Source: an uncultured Clostridium sp.
Lineage (GTDB): Bacteria > Bacillota > Clostridia > TANB77 > CAG-508
Length of the DNA stretch: 64,000 nt
Assembly: GCA_948468045.1 (NCBI GenBank)
Contig: CAOKGO010000005.1
Span: 3,760 to 67,759 of the forward strand
Direction of reading: 5' to 3'
Of the stretch, positions 8,473-17,437 are shown piece after piece. A model generated the notes under the pieces. The model searched no databases. It saw nothing but the letters and a program-made list of their open reading frames with translations, and was not told where the DNA came from. The first letter of the stretch is position 1. Each line of letters opens with the position of its first letter. The translations under genes and the position numbers were made by a program.

Positions 8473-9936
8473 ATGAGAATTGGTATAGATATAGACAATT
8501 GCATATCTAATTTTGATGATACATTATTAAAAGAATATTTAAAACATGACAAAAAATTAAGAAATACTGGAATTATAAATGAAAATCCAAAATATTTAAG
8601 AAAAGGAATGTTTGATTGGACAGATGAAGAAGAAACAAGTTTTTATAATGCCAATATTGAAAACTTTGCAAAAAAGTTAAAACCAATAGAAGATTCATCT
8701 TATTACATAAAGAAGTTAAAAGAAGATGGACACGAAATATATATTATAACTGGAAGAAATAATGGAGAATACACAAATCCTAATGAATTAACTGTTGAAT
8801 GGCTAAATAAATATAATATTATTTATGATAAATTAATTCTTACAGATGCCTATGATAAACATGCAAAAACAGTAGAATGTTTAAAAAATAATATTGATTT
8901 AATGATTGAAGATAGCACAAGAATAAGTTTAGATTTAATAAGTAATGGTATTAAAGTCTATACAATAAATACAAGGTATAATCAAAAAGAGCAAACTTTA
9001 GATAGAGTTTCAAAATGGAAAGAAATATATGAAAGAATTAATAAAATGATAAAAAAAGAAGATACTCAAAAAGTAAATGTTATTTTAGATACAGATATTT
9101 ACAATGAATGTGATGACCAATTTGCTCTTTCCTATTTACTAAAATCACAAGACAAATTTAATATTGAAGCCATTACAGTAGCACCATATCATCATGATAA
9201 TAATATATCAATAGAAGAAGGAACAGACAAAAGTTATGATGAAATTATTAAAATATGTAATTGGTTAAATTTTGATTGGAACAACAAAGTATTTAAAGGT
9301 TCAACAGACTATGTAGAAAACGGATATAATGAAGAAAATGATGCAGTAAATAAAATTATAGAGATAACATATAAAAATGACAAAACTTATATTTTAGCAA
9401 TAGGAGCAATAACCAATATAGCTATTGCCATAAAGAAAGAGCCTAAAATAGTTGATAAAATTGAAGTTATTTGGCTTGGAGGAAATAGCTTTTTAAGTAA
9501 AGATAATAAAGAATTTAATTTTAAACAAGATGTACAAGCTGTAAGAACTGTTTTTGAAGCAAAAGTAAAATTAACTATTATACCATGTAAAAATGTAGCA
9601 TCAAATTTAAGAACATCAATATATGAACTACAACATTTCTTAAAAGGGAAAAATGAATTATGCGACTATCTATGTCAAAGATTTTATAATGATGGTGTAC
9701 ATGGTATTCAAGAAAGAAGAGTTATTTGGGATATTGGTGTTATAGCCTATATGATTAATAAAGAATGGTTTGATACAGAAAAAATTAGTTGCCCTAATAT
9801 TAATGATGATACATCTTACGAAATGGCTGAAAATAATCATAAAATAACAATAGTTAATTATTTGAATGTTGATAAAATATTTAAAGATTTATTTAAGAAA
9901 TTAGGAAAGGAAAATAGAAATGAAGTTAACAAGTAA
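8473..9936 (+). CDS. Fusion of an NT5C-like HAD nucleotidase and a nucleoside hydrolase
   Basis: N-terminal IGIDIDN, IITGR, MIED; C-terminal ILDTDIYNECDDQFAL, AIGAITN, EFNF, IWD. Confidence 0.8.
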   Translation: MRIGIDIDNCISNFDDTLLKEYLKHDKKLRNTGIINENPKYLRKGMFDWTDEEETSFYNANIENFAKKLKPIEDSSYYIKKLKEDGHEIYIITGRNNGEYTNPNELTVEWLNKYNIIYDKLILTDAYDKHAKTVECLKNNIDLMIEDSTRISLDLISNGIKVYTINTRYNQKEQTLDRVSKWKEIYERINKMIKKEDTQKVNVILDTDIYNECDDQFALSYLLKSQDKFNIEAITVAPYHHDNNISIEEGTDKSYDEIIKICNWLNFDWNNKVFKGSTDYVENGYNEENDAVNKIIEITYKNDKTYILAIGAITNIAIAIKKEPKIVDKIEVIWLGGNSFLSKDNKEFNFKQDVQAVRTVFEAKVKLTIIPCKNVASNLRTSIYELQHFLKGKNELCDYLCQRFYNDGVHGIQERRVIWDIGVIAYMINKEWFDTEKISCPNINDDTSYEMAENNHKITIVNYLNVDKIFKDLFKKLGKENRNEVNK

Positions 9937-10528
9937 TCAAGCATTGCAATTGATAGAAAATTTTAGAGGAACAACTCAAAGTGATAAATGGATAGACCAT
10001 TGTATTTGTGTAGGAAATACTGCAGGGAAAATTGCTAAAGCTTTAACTGAAAAAGGTTTTAATGTAGATGTTGACAAAGCAATTACACTTGGGTATGTTC
10101 ATGATATTGGTAAATATAGCAATAAACCAAAAAGTCATGAAATTAAGGGGTATGAATATATAAAAGAACAAGGATTTGATGAAGATTATTGCAATATCTG
10201 TTTAACACATTCATTTTTGAATAATGATATTATTTGTACAGCTGGTGGTATTCCAAATCTTGCTAATAATCCATTTTTAACTGAATTTATAAAAAGCCAT
10301 GAATATACAATAGAAGAAAAGATAATAAATTTATGTGATTTAATGTGTACAAGTATAGGAAATGTATTTACAATAGATAAAAGACTAATTGATCTTATTA
10401 TAAGAAAAAATGCTCATCCAAATACACAATATCATGTAAAAGAAACATATAAATTAAAAGCATATTTTGATGATTTATTAGGATATAATCTTTATGATTT
10501 ATTTCCAGAAATAAAGGAAAATTTATAA
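9920..10528 (+). CDS. HD-domain phosphohydrolase
   Basis: H...GYVHDIGK...H...D motif. Confidence 0.85.
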   Translation: MKLTSNQALQLIENFRGTTQSDKWIDHCICVGNTAGKIAKALTEKGFNVDVDKAITLGYVHDIGKYSNKPKSHEIKGYEYIKEQGFDEDYCNICLTHSFLNNDIICTAGGIPNLANNPFLTEFIKSHEYTIEEKIINLCDLMCTSIGNVFTIDKRLIDLIIRKNAHPNTQYHVKETYKLKAYFDDLLGYNLYDLFPEIKENL

Positions 10529-10785
10529 AATAAACTTAAAGTGGATATATTTTTCTTCCATAACCATTGAAAAATAAACCTTTAAAAAATTTGCATGTAT
10601 ATATTTTCAAAACAAATAAAATATTATATAATCTCAGTAGTAGCAATTAATATGCAGATTGCTACTACTGAACTATATAAAAAAATAAGTAAACACATTT
10701 TGAACTAAAATGAATAAATATAAATTATCTTCGGACAATTTATATTTATTTTTTTCGTTCATAAACTTATGTAGAAGGTGATTCA

Positions 10786-10944
10786 ATGCAAAAAAATACA
10801 TTACAACCTAAAGTAACAAATATATACAGTGAAAATGGCTTAACACTTACAGAATTAATGCAAGAATGGCTCAATGAAAATTATTTTTTTTGGAATTTAA
10901 ATAATGATAAAAATGAAATAAAATATAATGGTATAAATAAATAG
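10786..10944 (+). CDS. Small protein directly upstream of recombinase (candidate directionality factor)
   Basis: 52-aa ORF MQKNTLQPKVTNIYSENG... with a GAAGGTG RBS; absent from the ORF track. Confidence 0.5.
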   Translation: MQKNTLQPKVTNIYSENGLTLTELMQEWLNENYFFWNLNNDKNEIKYNGINK

Positions 10945-10977
10945 TTATCGTAAATTTAAACTCTGGAAAGGAGGAAA

Positions 10978-12528
10978 ATGCAAGAGTTAAACTATAACTT
11001 TCCATCTACTTATTTTAAAGTAGGAATTTACACAAGACTTTCAAGAGAAGATGAAAAAGACAAAGAATCTGAAAGTATTGATACACAAAAAAAGTTACTA
11101 ACTAATTATATAAAAAGTCAAGGTTGGACTTTATATAGAATATATGTAGATGATGGATTTACTGGTACAAATTTTAATAGACCAGATTTTAAAAAATTAA
11201 TAAATGACATTGAACTTGGTAATGTAAATTTAGTAATTACAAAGGATTTATCAAGACTAGGTAGAGATTATATTGAAACAGGCTATTATTTAGAAAAATA
11301 CTTTCCATTAAAAAATGTAAGATACATTGCTTTAAATGATGGAATTGATACATTTGATAATAACAACACAAATAATGATATGACACCTTTTAAATCTGTT
11401 TTTAATGATATGTATGCAAAAGATATTTCTAAAAAAGTTCGTTCCAGCTTACTAACAAAAGCATCTAGTGGACAAAATATCAAATCTTTCTTACCTTATG
11501 GATATAAAAAAGATGAAAAGGACAAGAATATCATTTTAGTTGATTATGAAGTTTCTCCTATTATCCAAAAAATATTTGAAATGTATTATGCTGGAAAAAA
11601 TAAAACGGAAATATGTAGATATCTAAATAACAATAAAATACTAACTCCTCTAACTTATAAAAGAAAAACTACAAACTATTACAATCCAAACAATAAAACA
11701 AATTTATGGAGTACAACTATGATTTCTAAAATTCTTAGAGATAGAATTTATACTGGTGATTTAGTACAACATAAATATAGCAAACTCAATTATAAAACAA
11801 AAAAAATTATTGATGTACCTAAACAGCAACATATTATCGTTGAAAATAATCATGAATCAATCATTGATAGAAATATTTTTAATAGTGTTCAAATTATGCT
11901 TGATAAAAAATCAAATGAATGGAATTATACTGCTTCTTCCTCACATTTATTACAAGGGCTAGTTTTATGCAAAAAATGTAAATCAAAAATAACCTATAAT
12001 AAAAATCATGGAAAATATTTTAGATGTGTGTGTTCTTCTTATAAAAGAAATGGTAGCAAATTTTGTTCAAATATCCATTTAAGAGAAGATATATTAATTA
12101 ATAATGTAATTACTAGTTTAAAAGAAAACATTTCTAATTTTCTAAAATATGATGAATTAGCATATATCTGTCCCAACACACAAACAGATAATAAAAAATT
12201 GGATTATTTAGACTCAAAAATAACTGAAAAAGATAATTTAATTCAGTCTTTATATGAAGACAAAGTAAAAGGAGTTATAACAGAAGATTTATTTATTAAA
12301 CTTTCTAAACAATATGAAACAGATAAAAAGACCTTACTAAATCGATTTCAAAAGGAAAAAGAAATTAATAAAAATACAATAAAAAAAGAAGATTTAATCT
12401 GTAATGTGAAAGAATTGTTAGATTTTAATGAAAATAATATAGATAGAAATTTGCTTTTAAAATTGATTGATAAAATAGAAATAGATGATGACAATATTGA
12501 TATTTATTATAAATTTAAGGCAATTTAA
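10978..12528 (+). CDS. Large serine recombinase of element 2
   Basis: YTRLSRED, DDGFTGTNFNRP, TKDLSRLGRD, zinc ribbon. Confidence 0.95.
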   Translation: MQELNYNFPSTYFKVGIYTRLSREDEKDKESESIDTQKKLLTNYIKSQGWTLYRIYVDDGFTGTNFNRPDFKKLINDIELGNVNLVITKDLSRLGRDYIETGYYLEKYFPLKNVRYIALNDGIDTFDNNNTNNDMTPFKSVFNDMYAKDISKKVRSSLLTKASSGQNIKSFLPYGYKKDEKDKNIILVDYEVSPIIQKIFEMYYAGKNKTEICRYLNNNKILTPLTYKRKTTNYYNPNNKTNLWSTTMISKILRDRIYTGDLVQHKYSKLNYKTKKIIDVPKQQHIIVENNHESIIDRNIFNSVQIMLDKKSNEWNYTASSSHLLQGLVLCKKCKSKITYNKNHGKYFRCVCSSYKRNGSKFCSNIHLREDILINNVITSLKENISNFLKYDELAYICPNTQTDNKKLDYLDSKITEKDNLIQSLYEDKVKGVITEDLFIKLSKQYETDKKTLLNRFQKEKEINKNTIKKEDLICNVKELLDFNENNIDRNLLLKLIDKIEIDDDNIDIYYKFKAI

Positions 12529-12592
12529 TATTGTAAATTCATTTTGAAGTTGCTATAATAAATACATAAATAAAAGAAAGGAGCTGATATTT

Positions 12593-12889
12593 ATGTCTGA
12601 ATCACAAATCCAAGCAATCAAAGATGTTATTAAAATGACACCACGACTTAATGTAGAATGTTTAAATTCTGTTAAAATCTTAATGGAAAAAGCAATTGAT
12701 TCTGAACTATTACGATTAGAACCTACTGTCATTTTAGAAAACATGGATATTACTGAAAAGGTAATGTATTTAGACTATTTAACAGAAAGCAAAGATACCA
12801 AAGAAAAAGAACTAAATAATGCAGTATCTTTTGAAGAAATACTACAAAGAGAGGGGTTGACTTACAATGATTTACAAGATAAAAATTAG
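12593..12889 (+). CDS. Probable type II antitoxin
   Basis: Acidic small protein overlapping the start of a RelE-like toxin. Confidence 0.6.
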   Translation: MSESQIQAIKDVIKMTPRLNVECLNSVKILMEKAIDSELLRLEPTVILENMDITEKVMYLDYLTESKDTKEKELNNAVSFEEILQREGLTYNDLQDKN

Positions 12890-13113
12890 ACCCAAAGCCC
12901 TCAAATTTATTGAAAAACAAGACAAAATTCAAAGACTACGAATTTACAAAGCAATTTACAACCTGCCAAATGGTAATATAAAGAAAATGGTAGGTTGTAA
13001 AAATGAATATCGACTTAGAGTTCGGCGATTATCGCATTATTTATGAATTAAATCAAAATGAACTTATTATTTTAGTTACAAAAGCAGACAACAGAGGACA
13101 AGCATACAAATAG
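12867..13113 (+). CDS. relE: RelE/ParE family toxin with +1 CGG site at 13023
   Basis: ...EYRLRV-[C]-GDYRIIYEL...DNRGQAYK; 81 aa if the C is skipped. Confidence 0.8.
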
Positions 13114-13200
13114 CAATTTTCAAATTTTAAAATCTTAAATTAAACTCTAAATTATATTTTATTCAAGTAGAGTTTAAATTACTCCCAAACCAAACGAACC

Positions 13201-13494
13201 CCATGGCTCTTCTAACCATCTCCATTTATTACATGGATAATTGATAGTAAGAGGACCATATACTTTTTGATATTTATCTTTTAACTCTTTCGCTTGTTTA
13301 CAATATTTTCTATGCAAACAAAGAGCTTTTTCATCTTCTGGGTGTGTATCTAAATATAAAGCCAATTCAGTTATAGCAAAATCATAACATCTAATTTGCT
13401 GTATCATCTCTCTTCTTAAATCACAATCAACTGTATCTTCAGAGTCGCAATCACAATTGCAGTTACAATTACATCTGTTTTCTTCTATTGACAT
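13201..13494 (-). CDS. cotJB: CotJB, 5' part
   Basis: FAITELALYLDTHPED...YGPLT...WRWLEEPW. Confidence 0.92.
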
Positions 13495-13841
13495 TTATTA
13501 CACCCCTTTCCAATTCGGTTAGTTTCTCTAATATATTTATCTTCCTCCATAGATTGACAAGGAACATAAGGACTAACTAATTCTGGGAAGATAGTTCCCA
13601 TTTTTAAACCAACACATGGTTTAAAAGTTTTATCCATATATTGAAAAGGTACATAACTTTGAGCAAGCATAGGGTTTTCAGGAAAAACATTATATTCTTC
13701 GTCAAAACCACAAGCACAGCCATCTGTATAATTTTCATAAGAAACTACATCATTACATTGTTTTTCTATCATGTCATTTTCTAATTCACATGAATTATTT
13801 TGATAACTATTGTTCATACAAAAACATTTTCTTCTAAACAT
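13485..13841 (-). CDS. cotJA: CotJA spore coat protein
   Basis: LAQSYVPFQ...GTIFPELVSPY; CATATAAT mother-cell-type -10 at 13863-13870. Confidence 0.88.
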   Translation of the reverse strand: MFRRKCFCMNNSYQNNSCELENDMIEKQCNDVVSYENYTDGCACGFDEEYNVFPENPMLAQSYVPFQYMDKTFKPCVGLKMGTIFPELVSPYVPCQSMEEDKYIRETNRIGKGCNKCQ

Positions 13842-14188
13842 CTTATTTCCTCCTTTTGTTACATTATATGAGCTTTTTTGTTAAAATGATACAAAATAAA
13901 TAGCAGTTTAAAATTTAAACTGCTATTTTGAGCCTCGTAATTTTTCAGCTACCTCACGTAAATTCTGTTATTTTTACGAAGCGCAAACTGTTCTTTGTTC
14001 TTTCGGTAATACCTAGAGTCTTCATACAAAATTCCCTCATTATCTTCATATGTTTCATGAAGATAATGAGCTGTATCCAACTCAAGGACAAATTCCTTTT
14101 TGAGTAGTTTTTCATTTTTCATAAAAAACCCCTTTCTTAAAAAACACCAATGGGTTACAATCTATAGTATATAATAAATTTAAGATTT

Positions 14189-15220
14189 TTACAACTCTAT
14201 ATAATTATTATTACAGCAATTTAATAAACGGTTCATAATAGCAATACCTAAATCCTTTTGTTCAACACCTTCAATTAAAATCATGTCAGGAGATAGGGAA
14301 GAAGCTTTTTGTAAAGAAGAAAACAGATTTCTTGAAATAGCTTCTAAATCATTTTTAGAGCCAATATCAATTACATTTTTAGCATTATATAAGTTTTTGT
14401 TTTCGCTACAACAAAGAACTACACAATTTTCATATTCACAACTTAAACAATTTATCTTATCAACCATTTTTTCATTATCACTACTATAAATTAACATAGA
14501 ATTAGCTTTTAATTGATAATGTTTCAAATTAGAACTTGGAAGATGAGTATCCTCTAAAATGCAATTGCCTGCAACAGCTTTTATCTGTTCAGGAGTAATT
14601 AAGCCAGGCCTTAAAACATAAGCAATATCATCAATAACCCTTACAACAGTAGATTCCATGCCAATTTCACTTTTTCCACCATCAATTGCGAAATCTATAA
14701 ATTGAGAAAAATCATCTATAATATCATTTAAGCTTGTACCACTTAGGTCTCCAGAAATATTAGCACTAGGAGCTGCTATTGGCACACCAGATAACGCTAC
14801 TAATTTTTTAGCTATCATTCCACTTGGTATACGAACACCTACTAAGTCTGAACCAGCTGTTACAACATTTGGAACAATATCATTCTTTTTTAAAATAAGA
14901 GTAAAAGGACCAGGAAAAAAGGCCTCCATAAGCTTATATTCAATAGGAGAAATTTCTTGGGTAATTGTTTCAATCATTTTTATACTACTAACCAATAAAT
15001 TGGTAGGATTTTTTTTGTCTCTTTTTTTAATTTCGTAAATTTTATCTACAGCTTTTTCGTCTAATCCATTAGTACCAATTCCATAAACGGTTTCAGTAGG
15101 AAAGATAGCAATTTTTCCATTTTTTATACCATTAGCTATTTCTTTTAATTTTTCTTCATTTATGTTATCTCTGACATCTAAATAAATTTCCATGTTATCC
15201 TCATTCTTTTTAAGGTACAA
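14189..15220 (-). CDS. sua5: Sua5/TsaC threonylcarbamoyl-AMP synthase
   Basis: FPTETVYGIG, PGPFTL, APSANISG, AIMNRL. Confidence 0.93.
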   Translation of the reverse strand: MYLKKNEDNMEIYLDVRDNINEEKLKEIANGIKNGKIAIFPTETVYGIGTNGLDEKAVDKIYEIKKRDKKNPTNLLVSSIKMIETITQEISPIEYKLMEAFFPGPFTLILKKNDIVPNVVTAGSDLVGVRIPSGMIAKKLVALSGVPIAAPSANISGDLSGTSLNDIIDDFSQFIDFAIDGGKSEIGMESTVVRVIDDIAYVLRPGLITPEQIKAVAGNCILEDTHLPSSNLKHYQLKANSMLIYSSDNEKMVDKINCLSCEYENCVVLCCSENKNLYNAKNVIDIGSKNDLEAISRNLFSSLQKASSLSPDMILIEGVEQKDLGIAIMNRLLNCCNNNYIEL

Positions 15221-15551
15221 ATCTAGTTAAAAATAGATATAATTATTTTCAACCATACCATATAAATTTAATTATACAATTATTTTGATAAAATTGCAAA
15301 TTTATGATAATTTTAGCAAAGGCTAATAAAATTCTTAATTAGATAAGTGCATAATAATAACAATAAAATAAAGATAAATAATATTAACATAAATGGAATT
15401 TTGAAATATAATAAAAATATAAAATATCAACTTGACACTAAATGACATCTAATGTATTATACTGATAGAAGATAAAAATATATAACAAAAGTTATAAAGA
15501 ATAAAAAAGTAGTATTTGGAAAAACTAATGAAAACATGGAGGTAATGGAGA

Positions 15552-16337
15552 ATGAGAAAAAACAAAGGAATAACACTAATTGTACTAGTTATAACGATAA
15601 TAATTTTATTAATTTTAGCAGGAGTAACGATAGCAATGTTAACGGGAGAAAACGGACTTCTTAACATGGCAGAAAAGGCAAGAAAAACTCATGAAGAAGA
15701 ACAAGAAAAAGAATTAGATGATCTAGAAAAATTATATAGTTCAATACTTGTTGCAACAAATGATTCTTCACAAGTTACTATAAATGTTGAAGATTTAAAA
15801 ACATTAATAAATAAAACAGTTGAAGAGAAATTAACAGAAAATTCAGCAGGACCTACTGGAACAGTTATTTCTTATATGGGAAACAATGTACCTAATGGAT
15901 ATTTAAAATGTGATGGTACAACTTATAATATAACAGATTATCCAAAACTTGCAGAGCAAATAAAAACAGAATTTGGAAGCTATAATTATTATGGAGGAGA
16001 TGGAACAACTACTTTTGCAGTACCTGATTTAAGAGGAGAATTTTTAAGAGGAACAGGAACAGCAACAAGAAATAAGGGCTCTGGGGCAAGTGTTGGAACA
16101 CATCAAGATCCTACAAATCATGCTCAAGTTTTTAATGTTATAAATTCATCTACTGATACAAGAATGTTTATGGGAGCATCTGCTAATATGAGTAATCCAG
16201 ATACTTATTATGGATATACTAAAAGATGGAATAGTGGCCAAGCTACTGGTGCTGGAGTTATGACAAATGAAAGTGGTTCAGGTACTTATACTTCAAGACC
16301 AACTAACACATCAGTTTTATATTGTATAAAATTCTAA
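15552..16337 (+). CDS. Pilin-like N-terminus fused to a phage tail-collar domain
   Basis: KGITLIVLVITIIILLILAGVTI; PTGTVISYMGNNVPNGYLKCDG...TTTFAVPDLRGEFLRG; SRPTNTSVLYCIKF. Confidence 0.85.
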   Translation: MRKNKGITLIVLVITIIILLILAGVTIAMLTGENGLLNMAEKARKTHEEEQEKELDDLEKLYSSILVATNDSSQVTINVEDLKTLINKTVEEKLTENSAGPTGTVISYMGNNVPNGYLKCDGTTYNITDYPKLAEQIKTEFGSYNYYGGDGTTTFAVPDLRGEFLRGTGTATRNKGSGASVGTHQDPTNHAQVFNVINSSTDTRMFMGASANMSNPDTYYGYTKRWNSGQATGAGVMTNESGSGTYTSRPTNTSVLYCIKF

Positions 16338-16522
16338 AAGTTGCACTAAACTGCTAGTGCAGTGGTTGTAAAAATAATGCATAGCCTAAAAATAAAAGAC
16401 TATTTTTGGAGTAAAATAATTTTTAAAACAAGACTACTGATTTTGTCATCAGTAGTCTATTTAAATCCTTCCAAAAAATATAAATATGTGTTATAATGTG
16501 AAAAAAATGGAGAAACAAAAAC

Positions 16523-17212
16523 ATGAAACAAAAAATAAAAGAAAAATTATTCGAATTATCTGACCAAAAATACAAAGAATTCCATAGTGGACTATGTCCA
16601 GGAACTGAAAACATAATAGGAGTAAGAGTTCCAGTTCTAAGAAACTATGCAAAAGAATTAGCAAAAAAATATAATATAGAAGAACTATTGCAAGAAATAG
16701 ACAATCAATACTATGAAGAAATCATGTTACAAGGAATGTTAATAGGTCTTGAAAAGCAAGATTTTAATACTTTACAAAAACAAATCATACAATTCGTTCC
16801 TAAAATCGACAATTGGGCTATTTGTGACGTATTTTGTGCAGGACTTAAGCAAACTAAGAAACATAAAAAAGAAATGTGGAACTTTTTGCAAAAATATCTA
16901 AAATCAAACAAAGAATTTGAAATAAGATTCGGCATAGTTATGATTTTAGACTATTACATAGAAGAAGAATATTTAAAAAAAATATTTGCTATTTTTGATG
17001 ACATTACAAGTGATGCTTATTATGTGCAAATGGCAGTAGCTTGGGCAATTTCAATATGTCTAATTCGATTTTATAATGAAACAATTAAGTATTTACGAAT
17101 TGCAAAATTGGACAAATTTACTTATAACAAAGCATTGCAAAAAGCAATTGAATCATATAGAATAACAAAAGAACAAAAAGAAGAACTTAAAAACATGAAA
17201 ATGAGACAGTAG
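16523..17212 (+). CDS. AlkD-like DNA alkylation repair protein
   Basis: IGVRVPVLR, IDNWAICD, YYVQMAVAWAIS. Confidence 0.88.
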   Translation: MKQKIKEKLFELSDQKYKEFHSGLCPGTENIIGVRVPVLRNYAKELAKKYNIEELLQEIDNQYYEEIMLQGMLIGLEKQDFNTLQKQIIQFVPKIDNWAICDVFCAGLKQTKKHKKEMWNFLQKYLKSNKEFEIRFGIVMILDYYIEEEYLKKIFAIFDDITSDAYYVQMAVAWAISICLIRFYNETIKYLRIAKLDKFTYNKALQKAIESYRITKEQKEELKNMKMRQ

Positions 17213-17353
17213 GGACAGGTCTCATTTGTTTCATATATTAAGAAAATTATTCTGATTTTCCTAATATATAAAATATTAGCAAATTTAAAATTCATATCTT
17301 AGAATATAAATGTATTTGAGACAAATTAGACCTGTCCCTACTGTCTCATTTCA
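17199..17353. repeat. MITE/REPIN-like element, family D (second copy 35817-35958)
   Basis: Terminal inverted repeats atgagacagtagggacagg / cctgtccctactgtctcat around an AT-rich spacer. Confidence 0.8.
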
Positions 17354-17437
17354 AAATTTTTCAAAATTTTATTTTCAAAAAAGTTATTTTGTGATATAGT
17401 AAGACTAATAAAAAATAAGAAAAGAGGTAACAACAAA

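Larger units (their letters stand above)
7110..13203. mobile_element. Gene-intervening (skin-like) element 2, 6091 bp, inside cotJB
   Basis: CCA core at 7110-7112 and 13201-13203; imperfect inverted arms gttttcgttttgtttgga / cccaaaccaaacgaacc; encodes a large serine recombinase. Confidence 0.88.

Noticed and set aside
635-16337. Prophage or diversity-generating retroelement around the pilin/tail-collar genes
   Set aside because: There are no phage structural or replication genes, no reverse transcriptase and no template/variable repeat pair in the window.
16363-16373. GTGGTTGTAAA after the second pilin gene matching the cotJC-end repeat
   Set aside because: It is only 11 bp, in the opposite orientation, with no partner copy, so it is probably chance.
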